DNA from: Fistulifera solaris
Taxonomy: Eukaryota
Reading direction: 5' to 3'
Length of the DNA stretch: 64,000 nt
Assembly (NCBI GenBank): GCA_030295235.1
Contig: AP026158.1
Location: 1 to 64,000, forward strand
In this document: piece by piece, positions 60,596 through 64,000 of the stretch
Numbering within the stretch: position 1 is the first letter of the stretch
Layout of the letters: every line of letters begins with the position of its first letter
The notes under the pieces: model-generated
What the model was told of the DNA's origin: nothing
Seen by the model: only the letters and a program-made list of their open reading frames with translations
The model's database searches: none
Position numbers and translations under genes: made by a program

Positions 60596-60768
60596 GATGT
60601 TAATGATATGATGAAATGAGGAATGAGAGAACGATGGTACCAGGTAATAGATAAAGGAAACGAAGAGCAATCGAATTAAAAAGCAGTGGCGTTTTGCGCA
60701 GAACTTGCCTCGATTGCCGTGTGCCGTGTGCCATGTGCGAGGGCGAGGTACAGACGCACCTCCCGGAT

Positions 60769-60936
60769 CCCGGATTTTCTGACTGGGGACTGGGGACTGG
60801 GGACGCGAAGACACCACATGCCCAGGATTTCTGGGCACATCAAAAGATTGCACACTCAGATTTTCTGGAAAATTGAAAACACCGCACTCCCAGATTTTCT
60901 GGGTACACGAAACCACCACACTCCCAGATTGTCGGG
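60769..60936. repeat. 34-bp tandem repeat with palindromic core CCCAGATTTTCTGGG (locus B)
   Basis: Cores start at 60821, 60855, 60889 and 60923 (period 34), plus a degenerate copy at 60769. Confidence 0.85.
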
Positions 60937-61016
60937 ACATATGAAAATATCACATGCTACATTTAGAATAGCATGACATGATTAACTAGCAACTTTAATC
61001 GAAGCGCAACAAGGCA

Positions 61017-61154
<138 letters not shown>

Positions 61155-61487
61155 CAGTCGTTGATGAGTGATGAGACTCCGTTTCATCCAAAAATCCCAA
61201 CCGAACCAAAGTCGTCGCATCGGTGCCTCGCGATGGTTTTGCGAGAGTTATGAGATTCCAAATTCCCTGCTGTCAAAGAGGGAGAATGGAGAATGGAGAA
61301 AAGATAAAAGGATCTCGCCTGCCCTCGCTCGTGTTGCCGCGCGTGTTTTTTTTCTCGTTTATCGCTTCGCATCATCGTGTCACCACATTGAGCCATCACT
61401 GTGCTATTGTGGTTGAATTCCTCCATTCCTTCGACACCCAAGCAATATTGTTACTCTTCAAGTGAAATACGTTTATTCCTCACAATC

Positions 61488-61998
61488 ATGTTAATGACTT
61501 CCCGTACTTCTCTTCTTCGCGTCGCGACGACGTGGTCGATGATGATTCGTCCGGCCATGGCTACTCCGGCGACCACCGCTCGTTGGTTGACGATTTCCGA
61601 TACGTATTCGAAAAAGGTACGTTCATGTGCTCAAGTATGTGATTGTAGAAAGAAAAAATCGTAATATGTTTGCACGAGGTATCTTGTCGCGTCTTACGTA
61701 AATGTGAAAATTCTGCTTTGTTTGATCGTCGCAAGAGACCGTAGGCGCGCACTGACTCTCACCCACTACACACGAACAGGAACGAGTGGAAGAAGATCGA
61801 TACATGCGAGAACAAGAGAAAAAGTTCTTTGAGCAAAAGAAGAAAGAAACGGCAAATATGCAGCAAAAAGAAATGGATGAATTTCAAGCCAAGATTGCTC
61901 CAGCCATGGCGGAAGCCCATTCGATCTTGAAACAGACTGGGAATGATGTGAGCGACAAAGGTTTGGAAGCCTTAGCGCGATGGAAGTTGGGATTGTAA
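61488..61998 (+). CDS. Mitochondrial ATPase inhibitor IF1-like protein
   Basis: R/S/T-rich presequence; intron 61617-61779 gives YSKK|ERVEEDRYMREQEKK, matching the IF1 motif, followed by a coiled coil. Confidence 0.75.
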
Positions 61999-62185
61999 GG
62001 GAACAGAATTGGGTTTGCTTGCAATCAAATCTACATTGAACTTTAAACAGTTTGTTTCGTCAAGACGACTGTCTTCCACAATTTAGTGAACTGGGCTGCA
62101 ACATTCTCAACAGCTTGTCTACATTGTAGTCTAGCAACAATATAGACTAGCTCGTCACTATTATTTTAGGACAATCACTTTTGTA

Positions 62186-63763
62186 TTAGTGCGACAACAA
62201 AGTCAACGTCCTGGATGAATACACAACAAAGGCCGTAGAGAGAATTAACACGAATGTGATCATTTCAAACAAGGCGCGAGCATCCTTCCCGTGCAAAATG
62301 TATCCCGACAGGAGAGGGAAGATGATGCGCGCCAATGATCCTGCGGAAGCGAACCAGCCCTGTAGTGTTCCCTGAGGTCGTCGTCCTATCACTGGCGTAG
62401 AAGGAAGCAGAATACTGATGAGACATTTTCGTTTTCGACGCCTCGTTTTTCGTTCCTTCTTGGTCTTACCTTTGGAAAATAGACCAATCACAGCCGTATG
62501 CCCGATGGGATATCCTATCGAGTACATGAGAAAGATCGAAACGCAATACTTCCAGGATGAATTTGCTGCGTCGTCACTGTACACAACATAATCATCATAC
62601 AGGGATTGCTCGGGTTCGTTCAACGTCATGAACAAAGCCGAGCTCAGTGACATGATTAGTATTCCTCCCGCAATCAATTGAACATCAGACAACAGCTGAG
62701 ACAGATATCCCATACTCAACAAACTGGCGACACCACAAGCACCGCAAATTCCCACCCAAAGACCAGCACGGGTGGAGAGCAAACCGAAATGCGATTCGGC
62801 GATTTTGATGCCCAGTGTTTCAAACGCAGCAATGGATCCCTTGGTACTGATATTCAGTAGCATACACCCCAGTATACAACAATCGTAGATCGATAAGCCA
62901 ATGACCGGGACAATTTCATTCGCGACACGCTCGATTTCTTGTCGTCGTTCCGATTTCTTCTTGGGGGGAACATCAACTTCGGATTCTGGCATCTGGTCCA
63001 TGCGCACTCGTCCTTGAAAGAATGTCAGTAGAATGGCAATGGTTCCCAGAACAATAAATCCCATAAACAACGCCGGAGCGGTAAACATATTGAGAAAGCC
63101 CGTGGCATCACGGAAAATGTAGTTGAAAAAGGCACCGGCAATCGGTGTGACGGTGAAACCAGCGTATTGCATGGCCGTCAGCCAAGCCATGTAAGTCGTA
63201 CGGTCGCGTTGGGGAGTAATTTCGGCAACAAAGGCACGGGACACCCCCAACGTACCAGAACCGACTCCCAAAACCGTTTGTGCGGCCAGCAAGCATTCGG
63301 GTCGTCCTACCAAATATGTGACTGCGTAGAGCAAAGTCCCCAGAAACAAAAGAGAACAAGAGATCAGAAGCGTTTTCGTATAGCCGATTGTATGCGACCA
63401 GCTACCAAAAACTGGATTGACCAATATCCTTCCAAAGGAAAAAGCGGCAACGGCATATCCCAAGGTTACCGCCGAACCTCCCAAATGTTCGACAAACAAC
63501 CAGAGCGATGGAAAAAAGACACCGCGTGTCATATCACCGAGAAATATAACTAAGCAAATGCAAGCAAATCCGGTAGGATCGTATATACCTTCTGCCGATA
63601 GCACAGAAGAGGCAATGCTCGGCGCCAAACTAAAGTCATCGTGATTGTCTTCTAGTGAATCATTCTCCATATTTCGGTAGCCTGTCTCGACGTTTTCAGA
63701 TTTCTTTCGATCATGATTGTTTATCGAGTGCAGATTTGAGCTATTGTTGTTGAGTGTTGTCAT
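62186..63763 (-). CDS. MFS transporter, MFSD8/CLN7-like
   Basis: FPSLW..LGYAVAAFSFGR..FGSWS; GVGSGTLGVSRAFVA; LFSK|VIGRRPQGTLQGWFASAGSLARIIFP after removing the 78-nt intron 62392-62469. Confidence 0.88.
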   Translation of the reverse strand: MTTLNNNSSNLHSINNHDRKKSENVETGYRNMENDSLEDNHDDFSLAPSIASSVLSAEGIYDPTGFACICLVIFLGDMTRGVFFPSLWLFVEHLGGSAVTLGYAVAAFSFGRILVNPVFGSWSHTIGYTKTLLISCSLLFLGTLLYAVTYLVGRPECLLAAQTVLGVGSGTLGVSRAFVAEITPQRDRTTYMAWLTAMQYAGFTVTPIAGAFFNYIFRDATGFLNMFTAPALFMGFIVLGTIAILLTFFQGRVRMDQMPESEVDVPPKKKSERRQEIERVANEIVPVIGLSIYDCCILGCMLLNISTKGSIAAFETLGIKIAESHFGLLSTRAGLWVGICGACGVASLLSMGYLSQLLSDVQLIAGGILIMSLSSALFMTLNEPEQSLYDDYVVYSDDAANSSWKYCVSIFLMYSIGYPIGHTAVIGLFSKGKTKKERKTRRRKRKCLISILLPSTPVIGRRPQGTLQGWFASAGSLARIIFPLLSGYILHGKDARALFEMITFVLILSTAFVVYSSRTLTLLSH

Positions 63764-64000
63764 GGTCGTCTCCCCATTTTTTTATGAGAAACGTCAGATC
63801 ACGGAATATATTTAACGACAGCTTGAATGTTAGAAGGTGGGCTGACTTTTTTCCCTCCAACAGTGTGAGTTTTCAGTAAGTAGTAAGTCACTAGTCCATT
63901 TAGTCCCTAGCTACTGGAAGCCCCTTTCCAACGTCCAACTCACACTCACAATCATAAAAATTAATCATACGTTCATGGTAGTACCCTGGTACATGTATTG

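Noticed and set aside
60769..60936. CRISPR array interpretation
   Set aside because: Spacers are similar to one another, the period is only 34 bp, there are no cas genes and the context is eukaryotic.

Overview
Left end of a eukaryotic chromosome, very probably from a diatom. The evidence is a (CCCTAA)n telomere, compact genes with short GT-AG introns, bipartite signal+'AF' plastid presequences, and diatom-typical families (HSFs, cyclase-PDE fusion, DUF285). After ~850 bp of telomere comes a ~2.5-kb subtelomeric block with a decayed RusA-type Holliday-junction resolvase ORF whose 3' end is duplicated and bracketed by interstitial telomere repeats. About 25 genes follow: cytochrome P450, PI-PLC-like pseudoenzyme, two M50/EGY-like proteases, DUF285, two HSFs, PLAA/Doa1, SET protein, cyclase-PDE fusion, CruP-type cyclase with a long repeat extension, CER1/3-like protein, two TauE/SafE transporters, M43 protease and other secreted proteins, UBAP2/Def1-like protein, sulfotransferase-like protein, CDKC/CDK12-like kinase, IF1 and an MFSD8-like transporter. 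Many genes are split by 1-2 nt indels in homopolymers, most likely uncorrected long-read errors. Two dispersed palindromic non-coding repeat families and a long (ATG)n microsatellite are present. All family calls come from motif recognition by eye; no database searches were run.
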